Shown: positions 50,614-62,700 of the stretch, in pieces | Numbering within the stretch: position 1 is the first letter of the stretch | How the letters are laid out: every line of letters starts with the position of its first letter | NCBI GenBank assembly: GCA_039621445.1 | Contig: CP154954.1 | Span: 40,851,572 to 40,915,571, forward strand | Reading direction: 5' to 3' | DNA from: Euglena gracilis | Taxonomy: Eukaryota | Length of the DNA stretch: 64,000 bases | The notes under the pieces: model-generated | Database searches by the model: none | Seen by the model: the letters and a program-made list of their open reading frames with translations, nothing else | Told to the model about the DNA's origin: nothing | Made by a program: the position numbers and the translations under genes

Positions 50614-53600
50614 GATTTCATTAGGGGGGCGGGGGGGGGGAATTCCGGTTAGCCAGCCCCATTGCTGGGTTCACTTTTTTGCTGTCGGAGGACTGGCTGG
50701 TTTTTTATCTCCAGAGTGCCTCTTTGTTGTTTTGCCCTGTCAGGAGTTCTTTTAGTCTTGGACCCCAGGGGGCGTGATTTTCGGGGCAAGATTGCCCCGA
50801 TGCCAGGAAAAGGGGGTGCCAAAAAAGTTGGGAGTCAGTTGGGTTTCCCCAAACCCAAAAACCCCATCAGCACCACCCTTACACTGCTGAAAATTCTGAC
50901 ACCGAATGCAGCCCATATTTTAGCCCACAACCAGGCAGGCAGCAAACCTCCCTGGGGGCATAGTGCCTGCTGGGCCAGGCACTGCAGGGCAAGGGCCCCA
51001 CCCGGAATTATGCCCAAAAATGCCAAAATTTTGTTATTCGGGTACCCCAAATTGAGTGGTGGTTGTTCTGGTGTTGATGGGGTTTTTCGGGGGTGGGGAA
51101 CCCCACTGACCTGGTCCCGGGGGCTGGTTCCACTTTTTTGGCACCCCCCAGTTCCTGGCATCGAGGCAATCTGGCCCCGAAACCCCCCCCCCCCAGTTTA
51201 TTCCTGAAGATTACCAAAATTTTGTTATTCGGGGGGGGGCAACCAGTGGTTGGGGAAGTAATAGGGTTTTGGGGGGGGTCCCGGGGCATTTCCTCATGGG
51301 GAAAATCTTGGGTCGAAATGGCAAAATTCCAAGCGAGGGCTTTCGAGAGGGGTTCTGTTTCACTATCCCGCTGACACTGAATTTTTTCTCAGTCGTCGTT
51401 GAAGGAGTAGGGTTAGGGTTAGGGTCAGATAGCGAAATAGCACCTTGAGAGCTGCCTGAGAGGTGCCTGGTTTCACATCCGAACCAGGGTATGGGACCCA
51501 GTTGTTGGGTATTAGGGTATTAGGGGCCCCGGCTTCATGGCTTTTCGGTACAAACCGGGGCGGGCTGGGGCGCAATGATGTGGGTTTGCCTTGAGAAGTT
51601 TGGTTAATCAATCTGGGACCCCCAGTGCTTGGTCCCCGCTTTGGCGGTTAATTGATCATCCCTGCCACCCCCTGGGGGGGGGGGGGAGGGGGTCCAGGCA
51701 GCACCATTTCCCCAGCCGGTTCCTAATTCGGTGTCAAAACCGAATTTCAGCAGCGGGTATTTCTAATTTATGGAAATCATTTTCCCATACCTTGGGTTCA
51801 GTGAATTGGGCAACCGAAAATGTGGTGTTCCCCCCCCCCCCCGTGACCCGAACCACCCCCTGTGCATGTGACGCTCTTTCCGCACCTTCTGCAGATTCAT
51901 AGCAACTGCTCAACTGCTCACCAACCTCAGAATGGCGAAATTTTGGCAATTTTATCAGTAAAAATCGGGGCGCGGGGCATGATTTTCGGGGCGAGGTTGC
52001 CTCAATGCCAGGAAACGGGGGGGGGGGCAAAAATGTGCCACCAACTCCCGGGACCAGGTCAGTTGGGTATACCTAAAATTTGCCAAATTTTGCTATTCGA
52101 GGGTGTTGAGCGGTGGTTGTTCTGGTGTAAATGGAGTTTTTGGGGGTGGGGAACCCACTGACCTGGTCCCGGGGGCTGGTTGCGTTGTTGTTTTTTTGGC
52201 ACCCCCCCCTTTTCCTGGCATTGAGGCAATTTGGCCATCCCCCCCCCTCCCCCCACAGTCAAATTCAGCCCAGAGTTTTTTTTGAGTTTCGTGACCCAGG
52301 GGGATCATGTATGGCCGGACTTGGACTCTCGCTGGGGCCTTGGATTCGCGGATGCCCATCTCCCCTGCGTCACGGTGAGAGCTTTTTTTTAAGAATTTTG
52401 TTTTGTTTTTTCCTCCCTCGGTGCATTCAGGCCGGCCTGGCACTCAGCAACCACCTCCAGTCCACCTCGGAGCCATGGTGCTGCTGCGGCTGCCATCGCC
52501 GACCGAGGACCCGTTCCTCACCCGCCAATTCAGTGCCCCCTGCTCCCCCCCCCCCTCCCCCCGGCAGCTCACCGTTTCTGGGTTTCCGTGCGCACCCCCA
52601 GGAGTGTGCACTGAACGCGTGCGATGGACACGTGTGTGGGGGGCATATGATGGTGGAATGGGAGCACATTTTACCCCCACCTCAACCCCAGCGTGGCGTG
52701 AGCAGGGGTCACTGAAGAGTCATTGTTTGTGTTGTTGCCTCCCTCAGGTGGCCATACAATCCACAGACATGCAGATGTGCACGTTTTCGGAGAACGCTCG
52801 CACACTCACACACACGCACTCACGCACAATGAAGGTTCAACGTCCAACGCATGACACATGCAGTCCACCAGGGTTGGCGGTTTTCCCCAGTGGGGTATGT
52901 TGCCAAGGGGTACTGAAGGCAGGCGGCGGCAGCAGCAGCAGCAACAGGAGCGCAGGAGCAACAGTGCCTCCCGCTTGCTTCGCACCTGGCGTCCCCATCG
53001 TTGTAGGATTGGTTTGATTTTGCTGAGGTGTGGTGAGGGCCACGGTGGGTCGGGCGGTTAATTTGTCACCAAGGTGCAGGAGGGGGGGGGGCACACCGAT
53101 CCCTCAGTTTGTCCCATCCCACCGATACCCTCCGGGCAGGTGCCCCCAATAAAGGCTCAGGCTTGGTGGAGTGTTCATGGAGAAGCTGTGTGGTTATCTT
53201 GTTGTCAATTTTTTGTAAAATTTCTCCAAACACAACACTGGGGGTGCATTCAGTTCTGTCAAGTTTTGAGAAGATCTTTGATTTTTCCCCATATGGGCGG
53301 GGTTGCAGCCTGCCCATATGCCGCCCCACCACCAGACACATGATGTCCCGGCGAGACATTTATAATCCCAAGCCAGACAATGGGGGAAAGGTGGTTAGTG
53401 GTTGCCACTGGTTAACTGCTTCTGGCCGTGTTCATGGCCTGCTTTCCACCGGCCGCTTTGCTCTTTCTGCCCTTCTTCTTTTTGGTCACTCTGGTCCTTT
53501 TGACGCGGTCTTGCGTCGTTCTGCAGCGCTTCAGCCGCTTTGAAGCAGTTTTGCCACCTTGGACCTATCTTGAGGACTTTGGCTTTGCACTTGCCGTGGT

Positions 53601-56600
53601 TCAGCTTTGGCTGCTTTGGACCTCGTTCCGCTCCGCAGCGGCCACCTTGGCCACATTGGGCCCTGCTCACCATACTTTGGCTGCAAAGGCAGCCAAATGT
53701 GTGTTTCGGCCAGCTTCGGTGTTCCACCGATGCTTTATCTGCTCCTCACATCTTGTGCCTGTTCTTTTGGCCACCCTGTTTGTTTCTTGGGTCGTGCCAG
53801 AAACAAGGCCATTGTATGAGGTTTAGGTTCAGGCATTGGATGACAAGTGCCTCGCCATGCCATGCATTTGATTTGATCCACTGACCAATGTTGATGTGTC
53901 TCCTGATGTTTGGTGGTGGGTGGCATTGGGCCTGGGCAGACAATATCGGCTGCATTGACGGTCGCCGCATATTTTTTATCTTTTTTTGCGGCAATGCGTT
54001 TCCACAACAAAAAAAAGTTCGTTCCATCAGAACCCAGTCCCCAGTGGGAAAAGAGCTCTCAGTGGTGGCTGTGTGTTTAGTCTGGGTGGGCCTTTTTTCA
54101 GACGGCCAACCAAAGGTTTGACCGTCAATTTGGTGGGGGCAGCATGGGTTGAAAGGAGGTCCGAAGCCGTTCACAGAGAAACAGGCACCAATGCGTTCCA
54201 CTCTGGGATGGGCAACACCGGGGTCGCCAGAAGGCAACCCCGCCGCAGCCGCCGGCAGAGTGGCGGAGGTGGGTGGGCCGGAGCAGCATGTGCCCAGACG
54301 CGACGGTGAAGATGAGGTGCGCGTGTGGGTGGGTTTTTGGGCGTGTGGGTTTTTTTGTGTTCTTTGTTTGCTTTCATTTGTGGGATTTTTTTTAGATTTT
54401 TTTTGCGTCGCATTTTTTGAGGGTCCAGATTGCGTTCCCCTCTCCCCCCTGCTGGGAGGGGGGTCCTACCCCTGGGGTCGGTCATTTTGGCCACTTGGTT
54501 TGGCAAAGTTTGCCCTTTTTGCGCCTTTTTCCCCCAGCAATTTTGCACTTTTTGCTGGGAAAAATTTTTGATTGTCAAAATTCCTCGTTTTCTTGGCCCC
54601 CATTTCCCCAATGCAGAAAATTTGATACCAAAATTTTTTGTCTATTTTTTGCTTAAAAATAAGCATTCTCTTGACCCAAAAAAGCAAAATTGACAAAATT
54701 TTTCGCATCGGGGGATGATCGGGGGCAAACCGAGGAGTTTCGCATTGTCAAAAAATTCCCAGCAAAAATCGACAGGAAACAAGCACAAAAAAAACAAATT
54801 TTACCAAAATCGAAAAATGTCGAAAATGGCAAAAGTGTATTAAATTTTGTTTTTCATCGACCCAGCCCAGCCCAGCCCCCTCCAGCCCCGGACTCCCCCC
54901 CCCCTTTGCCCCCCCCCCCCCCCGGGGCCAGCAGCCTTTTTGCCAGCCGGAGGCTGGACCCCCCCCCCCCCCGGGCCCTTAAGAAAACCCCTGCCCCCAA
55001 TCCTGGTGGGGGTCCTTCCTCTCCACCTATTTCAGGTGGGGAACCAAGCTCCCCCCCCCCCGCCCACCAACTGGATTCCCACAATCCCCAACCAGGGGCA
55101 GTCACACAGGGGTGGTTGGTGGGCAAGGTGCACAAGCACAAGGAAATTTCTTTTGCAAAGGGTTAGGGTTAGAGTTCGGGTTTCCACGAATGAACGTTTT
55201 TGCACAGTTTTCCCTGCATTCAGCAACTGAGCATTTTTGAGCAGTAAAATCAGTAACATAAACCAGCGATTCTCCAACAAATTTGGTGTGTGTGTGCCAC
55301 GATGTATGTGACCAGCCAAATGACCCCTCACCGGTCCATCCATCCATCCCCCCATTCTCTCAGGTCGTTCCAAGTGTTCCCCGGTGGGAGGTGGGTGTTT
55401 ATGGACACCCCTGTGCTTGCCATTGTGTTGCCTGCCATTCACTAGCTTGCTTGCTGAGGCCTGCCCACCCCCACCCAAGGCAGTACGGGAATCGGCAAAA
55501 CAGCCAGGGTCGACCCCCCCACAACCCCTGGGTTCCCACCACCACCTGTGTTCCCAGGAGCACCAATTTTCGACCCCCAATTGGGGGAATTTTCCCGGCT
55601 GCTATGGCGCCGGGCGGATTTGTTAAAAAAAATCTGTGAGAATGCTGTGGTGGGTGGGGCCCACCATGCCTTCCCGTACAGCCCTGTCCCAGCATTGCCG
55701 TCCGCACACGTTGCGTTGCGTTGCGCTCTTGTATCATAGAATGTTAAAAATTAACCAATAACCTGAGAATAAAATAGAAATGTCACCCATAATTTGAAGG
55801 ACAAGTTGATTAATTCCGCCCGCATCGGCTGTTTCAAAAAGCAAATTGTGGATGGTCTGACCCCCACCTTCCTGCAGTCAATTTTGAATTTGGCGGGGGA
55901 GGTGGTTCCAGGTTTCTGTGAAAACCAAAACTCTAATTCAAATTTTTTCTTCGCTGTTGGCATTTGAAGCAAAATGATCCACAAAGTTTTTTTGATTCGT
56001 GTGCAGAATTCTAGAAATCATTTGGCGTTCTCCCTCCAGTCAATCAACCAAATTGATTCACCAAGTGCATCATTTTGTGAATCCATCTCTCACTTTTATT
56101 GAACCCACAACACCCCTCAACCAACCACCCACCCACCTAAAATCCAGCCAAAATCGGCTGTTCGCGCTTTTGTGAGATCATCCTCCCAGAAAAACTGGAG
56201 GCGACATGGGGGTTGCACTGGGAGGAATTTTATTGCGCAAAAAAAATGCGCTGGCGAGGGCGAGAATAAATCCTCCCCCATTTCAACATAAACAAAAATT
56301 AACGGAGAGAGAAAAAGCCCCACACTCCACTCCACATTTTTTTTAAAAAAAGCCAAGTGTGCTGGTTGGGTGGCTTCCGGAATACTGAAGCAGGTAATCA
56401 GGGTGGAGCCCTAAATACATTGCATAATTAAATTGAAAGATAGTTTTTTTTTAAAAAAATATTCCCGAATTCAGGGAAATATCTTGATGTTTTCGGGCCC
56501 ACACCTCCTCTCAGGAAAGAAGGAATTTCCCCCCCAAGAAACGACAGCACTAAAACATAAAAGTATGGGAGAGCCTGATGGGGGGTGAAAAACTCGTTTT

Positions 56601-56914
56601 TTTTGATGGGGAGATATTTTCCCCTCGGGCCAAGACTTGTGCTTAGTCGGGTTCCTACCCCCCCCCATAGCACCCGATCCGACCCTCTCCGGGGACAGGG
56701 TTTTGGGGGTGCCATGCACTCCAGGAGGGTGAAGCACAAGGGCGGGGCGAGATCCCGCTTGTTTGTGCCGGCTGTGTTCATGGTGTGCTCTTTGGGTGGT
56801 GCTTCTTACTGCATGTTTGTTGCCGGAGGTGGCGGTCCTACTCCCCCCCCCCCCCGGAGTCTGGTGCGGCTTTTTGACGTCGAATCATTTTTTCCCCTCG
56901 GGCGGGCTGCATGC

Positions 56915-57280
56915 TCCCTCGAGGAAAGCCGAAAAGGGAGGACGGGACACCGAGGGCGAAGCACAAAGACATTGTGAGGCCATGCCTTGCTCGCCGGCGG
57001 TTTGCTGTGCGAGTGTTCGCTACGCTGGGTTAGGGGGTCCTGCTTAGTGCCGCCTCGCCGGAGCTGGCTGCATCGTCTCCGACGTGGCGACCATGGCGCT
57101 GTCTTTTTCCCTGGGGGGTGCCCCCCCCACCTCCCCCCCCTCGCCCCCATCTTCTGACCGAGGGCGTTTGAAGACAAATTTTCTTAAATGGGCGGGGGGG
57201 TCGGGCTCACAATGTCTTTGTGCTTCCCCCTCGGTGTCCCGTCCTCCCTTTTCGGCTTGCCTCGAGGGAGCACGAGACAC
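56915..57280. repeat. Inverted repeat pair (~56915-56980 / ~57204-57270) at the DIRS 3' end
   Basis: gggacaccgagggcgaagcacaaagacattgtgag vs ctcacaatgtctttgtgcttccccctcggtgtccc; same structure as 5743-6131. Confidence 0.8.
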
Positions 57281-57329
57281 CTTGGGCTCCGCACTTTGCC
57301 ATTGTGAGGCCAGATTGTGCACTGAAAAA

Positions 57330-57443
57330 AGGGGGGCCAGGGCACCTTCCAAAGCACCTTGGGCACCAAGTCTTTGATAGTGGGCTGTGAAAGCCTCCAC
57401 CCCCTTCCACTGACCAATTTCACAAACTTCTTGGGCAGAAAGG
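57330..57443 (-). pseudogene. C-terminal piece of the DIRS tyrosine recombinase
   Basis: SAQEVCEIGQWKGVEAFTAHYQRLG, matching the uninterrupted copy at ~5583-5660. Confidence 0.8.
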
Positions 57444-57750
57444 TGTTGGCGGCGGCCCCTGGGGTGCGGCGCCGGGCGGGACCAAAAAAAGACCAACCGC
57501 GGAATCTTCCGCTTTGCGGAAGTTCTTAATTCAAGGTCTATCTGACCGCCTCTCTGTAGGTGGGTCCAAGCCTGAACACTTCACCCCAAGAAAATGACCA
57601 GTTTTGATGCATTGCTGGCAAACTGAAGGCGCCGGAAAGACCCAGAAAACTGAAGTGTTCATGGACTACCAGAACGCCAGAATGCCAGAATACCAGAATG
57701 CCAAGGGGATGAATGTCAGTTGGACAGCGGAAGAATAATACCACTCGAAA

Positions 57751-58626
57751 GTGCCGGAAGTGACAGATTGGAGCTGGAGCAGATGGAGTGTTCGACTTCC
57801 AGAAGAAGGATGGAGATCTGCAGTGACAGTGTGGGATGGCCAAGAGGAAGAAGAAGACGAATCAAGGAGTCCAGCTCCAAGCTATGAAGGCGCAGCTGAA
57901 GAACCGGAAGAACCATTGCAGCCATTCAGGAGGAGAAACGTGGTGATGGAGACCAGATCAGAACCAGGAGAACCAGAATCAGGACCAGCTGCAGATGAGG
58001 AGTACTACGAGGTGGACGAGCCAGAGACTCAGCCAAGACCCAGTGGAAGAGGAAGAAGGATCAAGAGGCAGTACATCTCCGACGAGTACGCCGCGCGCTG
58101 GGAATTCATCGACCTGATCCTGAACAAGTTCAACATTCAGCAAGAAGGTGTGCAAGAAGCATTTGCATCATGGGAAAATGCAAGATTCCACAAGTTTCGG
58201 ACAAGAGAAGATAATGCATTTGCGAGGACATGGACAAGAGAAAGGATATGGGCCAATCCACCGTGGACGCTGATGAATCAAGTCATCCTCAAGATCATCG
58301 CGGACCAGGTGCAGGAAATGGTGCTGATTGCACCAGAGTGGCGAACAACAACATGGTGGCCAGTGCTACAGAAGATGACAGTGAAGTTCATCATCTTCGA
58401 GGAAGGAACCCGATTCTTCGAGATCTGGGAGCAGCAGGCGGGCCAGATGCAGCCGACTGGGCCATTGCGTTGGCCAGTCCGGGCGTGCTTGGTCCGGTAC
58501 CGAAGATTCCAGGAGGAGACCCTGAAGGACATGCCCCCAGGAGGTGAAGGAGTAACGTCCCGAGCCCGCAGGAGAAGTGGAGATGAACGTGGATTCTCCG
58601 AGGCGAGCAAGAGGAGGTACCGTTGA
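57751..58626 (+). CDS. Dam-like DNA N6-adenine methyltransferase with acidic N-terminal extension
   Basis: Open 291-codon frame: DEYA, QEAFASWENARF, DNAFARTW, IWANPPW, MVLIAPEWRTTTWWP and PLRWPV. First in-frame ATG is 57946; ATG 57661 is in frame but separated by one TAA at 57736. Confidence 0.85.
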   Translation: MPEVTDWSWSRWSVRLPEEGWRSAVTVWDGQEEEEDESRSPAPSYEGAAEEPEEPLQPFRRRNVVMETRSEPGEPESGPAADEEYYEVDEPETQPRPSGRGRRIKRQYISDEYAARWEFIDLILNKFNIQQEGVQEAFASWENARFHKFRTREDNAFARTWTRERIWANPPWTLMNQVILKIIADQVQEMVLIAPEWRTTTWWPVLQKMTVKFIIFEEGTRFFEIWEQQAGQMQPTGPLRWPVRACLVRYRRFQEETLKDMPPGGEGVTSRARRRSGDERGFSEASKRRYR

Positions 58627-59039
58627 CAGCGGTACCAGTGGTTCGCGGAGACGTGGGAATGAGGCGGTGTGGACCGAGTGTTGCCTGCCCTCCCCCTCCC
58701 AGCCTAATCCCCCTCCTCTGTGAGACCAGTGTCCAAGATCCCCAATCAGGAATTGAAGGATTTCAGCATGTTTTTTCAATGGTGCACGTACTGGCCTGCG
58801 TCAGCACAAAAAGAATGACTGAAAAATTCCAGGTGTTGGATGTCGATTGCCGTAGGATGCTCTGGGTGGACCGACGGCCCGTCACTCCTGGTGGGGGGGG
58901 TGCTCAGGGCGGTTCGGCTGCCCGTCGCCGAAGATGAATCGTTGGGTTGGTTGGAGTGTGGTGGTGTGGACCCGAGGATTGCCTGCCCCCCAATTTCAAT
59001 TCAGTGGAATTGGATCAGATCTGCAGAATTTTTGGCATA

Positions 59040-59630
59040 GTGATGGCGGTGTAGACCTGCAGGTTGCCTGCCCCGTGTTGTTCTGTTCGATGTGAATTGG
59101 AAGCAGATTTGTATGAATCACAGGTGTGTGTGGCGGTGTGAACGTCATGTTACCTGCCCCCTCCTCGATGAAGGAATTGTGACCCTGGGATCTTGATTCG
59201 AGAGTGGCGGTGTGAACTTCCTATGTTACCTGCCACCGTTCACCGTTCGCTACCTGGACATTGATGGAAGTGCAGACCCTGGACCACGGTTTTAATGTCA
59301 GATTCAGAATTTGCTGTACGTTACTTCCCCCCCCCCCCCAAAAAAAAACCCGCCGGCCACACCCCAGCAAAAGAAAAAAGAGGGCCGAGGCCGAAGGCCT
59401 CGCCCCCCCCCCCCCCAGGGGTAACCCCCCCAGGGGGGCCCAACAAACCCCAGGCCTCGGGCCCACGGGGACCGAGGCCCCCCCTCCAGGGGGTAACCCC
59501 CCCAGGGGAGCCCAAAAAACCCCAGGCCTCGGGCCCACGGGGGCCGAGGCCCCCCCCCAGGGGTAATCCTCCCCAGGGGGGCCCGAAAAATCCCAGGCCT
59601 CGGGCCCACGGGGGCCGAGCCCCCCCCCCC
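59040..59630. repeat. Short tandem repeats in the 3' internal region of the small LTR element
   Basis: ggcggtgt...ctgcc three times; ~70-bp cccaggcctcgggcccacggg unit three times. Confidence 0.75.
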
Positions 59631-59959
59631 CCGACGCCGAAGGCGTCGGGGACAAAAAACCCCAAAGGGCCCGAACACTTCGCAGGGGCCTCCTCAAAAA
59701 TTGCCAAAGGCGGTACGCAAGCGGTCTGGGAGGGGAGTGTTGGCGGCGGCCCCTGGGGTGCGGCGCCGGGCGAGACCAAAAAAAGACCAACCGCGGAATC
59801 TTCCGCTTTGCGGAAGTTCCTAATTTAAGATTTATCTGACCGCCTCTCTGTAGGTGGGTCCAAGCCTGAACACTTCACCCCAAGAAAATGACAAGTCTTG
59901 ATGCATTGCTGGCAAACTGAAGGCGCTGGAAAGACCCAGAAAACTGAAGTGTTCAAAGG

Positions 59960-60700
59960 CCCAATTTTTTGAGTAAACCAACCCTTGCCCCTCTGGTGGA
60001 GTGGGGTCCTCAAACCTGGGGGGGTACCCCCTGTTTGGTCAAAAATTCTTTGGCGATAGAAGCAATGATATCTGCCTTAATGGCTTCATAGGGGGGTTTT
60101 AACGTAATTAAAAGGGGACCCCCAGGGTTCATACAGAAACGTGTTGCTGCCACATAAGCCATCATTAAATGAAAGGGACTGATTTGGGGGCATTGGGGAA
60201 TGGAGACAACTCGCTCCCACTTGTGGCGTTTTTGACATTTACGTTTACTTTTTATGTAGGGTCCCCCCCCCCCCAACACACTGGTGGTTCTTTGGACCTG
60301 TGCCAAGTCAGAACTTCTGTATAAACAGAGGATTCGTGGACAGAAGATAAGTTGTGTACGCAATGTACATATATCAGAGGGCAGGGGGGACTGTGCCATC
60401 CCCAAGAGGATTGGGAGGGGATCCCAGAATGCGCCATATTTCTCTAAATTTTGGTTCCAAAGCCTTTTATAAGGTGCCAACACGGCATGGAACCTCAGGC
60501 CTCCAAAGCCAGGGATCAATAGCATAGCACTGTATGCATTGCGTGTATTGGCCTTTGAAAATTGAAACAGTTGAATTAAAGCGTCAACCACTTGGCCAGT
60601 TGTGGCTTCAGGGGGGGGTACCCCCATTTTGTCCAAAATTACCCAAAAAAGCGTAAAAGCGCTTTGATAACGCTTTAAGCTGGGGTTTCTGCCCAGGAAA
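59960..60700 (-). pseudogene. DIRS tyrosine recombinase, N-terminal and central part
   Basis: ORF 60010..60636 (ILCLYRSSDL), then PHSTRGA (HxxR motif) next to the insertion site. Confidence 0.8.
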
Positions 60701-60739
60701 TCGTTAATGGTTGAATTTTGTACTTGTTTCCCCTCCAGA

Positions 60740-61190
60740 AGTTGCTGAGCAAATCATGCAAAGCAGCGGCCACCTGGGGGGTGGCATTTTTTCCCCCTTG
60801 CAATTGGTGAATATACCCATGTAGGGGGTGATTTTTAGGCAGGGGGTCCCTGGAACTTTCATTTTTATTAACTGGGGCCACCATGTTGCTGAAACCCGGT
60901 AGGGGGTGACTATCAAAACTTTGGTCTGGGGAAATATTTTCAACCTGGGCAGAAATTGTTCGATTTTTGACCAGGGGGGGTTGCATAAAGATCCCCCATG
61001 TTGTCCAGTGGACATTGTAATGCATCTACTGCTGTGGCTCCCCAGTGGGGCCACCTGGCCACAAATTGTGGCAGTTTTTTGTTGCCTGGTGAGGCAAAAA
61101 GGTCTGATTTTAGGCTGATGTAATTTTTTAGCTGCTGTATCGGCCATTTAAAAAGTTGGGGGTCCAGGGAATAATCCCCCCTGTCCATTT
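60740..61190 (-). pseudogene. DIRS Dam-like N6-adenine methyltransferase domain
   Basis: DYSLD, SDLFASPGNKKL, VDAL, LY/NPPW, LIVTPY..TWWP and PPRWPL; one frameshift. Confidence 0.85.
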
Positions 61191-61820
61191 CCCACCTGCT
61201 TATGGGGTCTGCCAGGCATTCCTTGGAGGGGACCCACTTTACTTGCAGGTTTATGTTGTGCTCCACGCACCGTTTGAAGAAGGTCTTAGCATGGAATTGA
61301 AAGGGCCCTTTCTGCCCCCCCCCCCTTTTGTTAAATAAAGTTCCAGGGCTGTTGCCTGGGGCGTAGGATCGAATTCTCTTTCTCTCCGGTCGGGCCTTTC
61401 TTTTTACCCCCGTGGGGGTACCCGCCGGGACTCAAACCGGTATCTTTGGGACCACAACCGAGTGCCAGATCCACTCGGGTACCGGTGGCGATACTAAGGC
61501 GTGCCGCCTGCAGGGCCTTCTCCGGTCTCGACCCTGGGCTGTCGCCCGATTACCGCCAGGTGGTCCGCCCGTGTTCGCTTGGGGTAGTTGGCCGGCCTCG
61601 AACCGGCCACAGTAATAGTAAATTACTTGATGGTCCACGGATAGGGACACAGCTTCCACTGGCTGGCTGAGGCTTTGAACTGTGCTTATTGCTGCACTTA
61701 ATTCTTTGACATTTATGCGCAAAATGGAGCTTTCCCTCCAAAATTCTTGCGCGATTTTGCCTGTTCGAATGTCCAGCCCCCCCCAGGCACGGGTACTGCT
61801 GTCTGAGTGCAACTCCCTGG
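61190..61820 (-). pseudogene. DIRS RNase H, split by a ~276-bp insertion
   Basis: LHSDSSTRAWGG, INVKELSAAI, VDHQV, then KWVPSKECLADPISR. Confidence 0.8.
61338..61613. mobile_element. GC-rich insertion within the DIRS RNase H
   Basis: Removing it and one AATA copy joins QVIYY to LTKGG. Confidence 0.55.
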
Positions 61821-61929
61821 TTGCACTTTGGGGGAAGTGTCTGCCCCCCCAGGTGTCCAGAATTTTTATTTGTCTTAATTGGTCCTTTATTCTTTGGATG
61901 TTTTGAGTCCCAGGGGGCTGTGGAATTTT

Positions 61930-62700
61930 CCACCCAAAAAATTGCCAGGGCATCCGTAAAGGCCCTTGGAAAGGGCAAGGCCATTAGGTTGCATCTGATT
62001 TGGCCCAAAATGGCAGCCAGTTGCCTTTTTGACATGTAATCTTTTTTCACTATTTTTCCCATCTCCTTTTGTACTGTTTTTATTTTCTGGGGGGGCACCT
62101 GTAATTTTCCCTCTTGGAAGTTTAGCTGAAATCCAAGATGATTTACGATTTGGGTGGGCTGCAGGGAGGACTTTTTGACATTGATTTTGAATCCTGATTT
62201 GATTAAATATCTGACCACTGTGTTCAGGTGATTTTGTAAGATGTTTTGTGCTGGGGCCACCAGTAAAATGTCGTCCAGGTAAATAAATACCTGGATGCCC
62301 TTTTTCCTCCACAGCTTTTCCAATGTCTTCATTACTGACATAAAAATTTGGGGCATTACATTTAGGCCAAAACAGCCTGCCTGGAATTCCCAGGCCTGCC
62401 CCCCCACCTGATGTCTTAGAAAGGGCCTTAGGGCCTGGCTCAATGGGATGTGGAAGTAAGCATCGTTTAGGTCTATTTTTGCTGCCCAGTGGCCTTTTTC
62501 TAACACTGGAAAAATGTGCTGGATGTGAACCAGCTTGAAAGGTTTAACTTGGATTCGTTGATTTATTTCCCTGCAATTGCTTATTAGTCTCCATTTTGTC
62601 TGCTCCCCCTCTGGTTTTGAAATCAGAAACCAGGGGATTAGGTGCTGGGTGGTTGAATCACTCACCCTCTTTACGGATCAAGATTTTTCGTAATCCAGCA
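61930..62700 (-). pseudogene. DIRS-type reverse transcriptase
   Basis: WFLISK..KWRLISNCREIN, KIDLNDAYFHIPL, CFGLN, YLDDILL, GFKINVKKS and HLGF. Confidence 0.93.

Larger units (their letters stand above)
57444..59955 (+). mobile_element. Non-autonomous LTR retroelement (TRIM/LARD-like) carrying only a Dam-like methyltransferase
   Basis: 218-bp TG...CA direct repeats (57444-57661, 59738-59955; 8 differences), 4-bp TSD AAGG, TGG after the 5' LTR, PPT GGGAGGGGAG at 59728-59737. Confidence 0.92.

Noticed and set aside
51408-51425. True telomere
   Set aside because: Only about three TTAGGG units, internal to the window
53400-53900. Possible transposase C-terminus with a basic tail (minus strand)
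   Set aside because: No convincing DDE motif; frames are broken
55790-56100. LVFTETW motif on the minus strand suggesting an APE endonuclease
   Set aside because: Single short motif among stop codons, no supporting motifs
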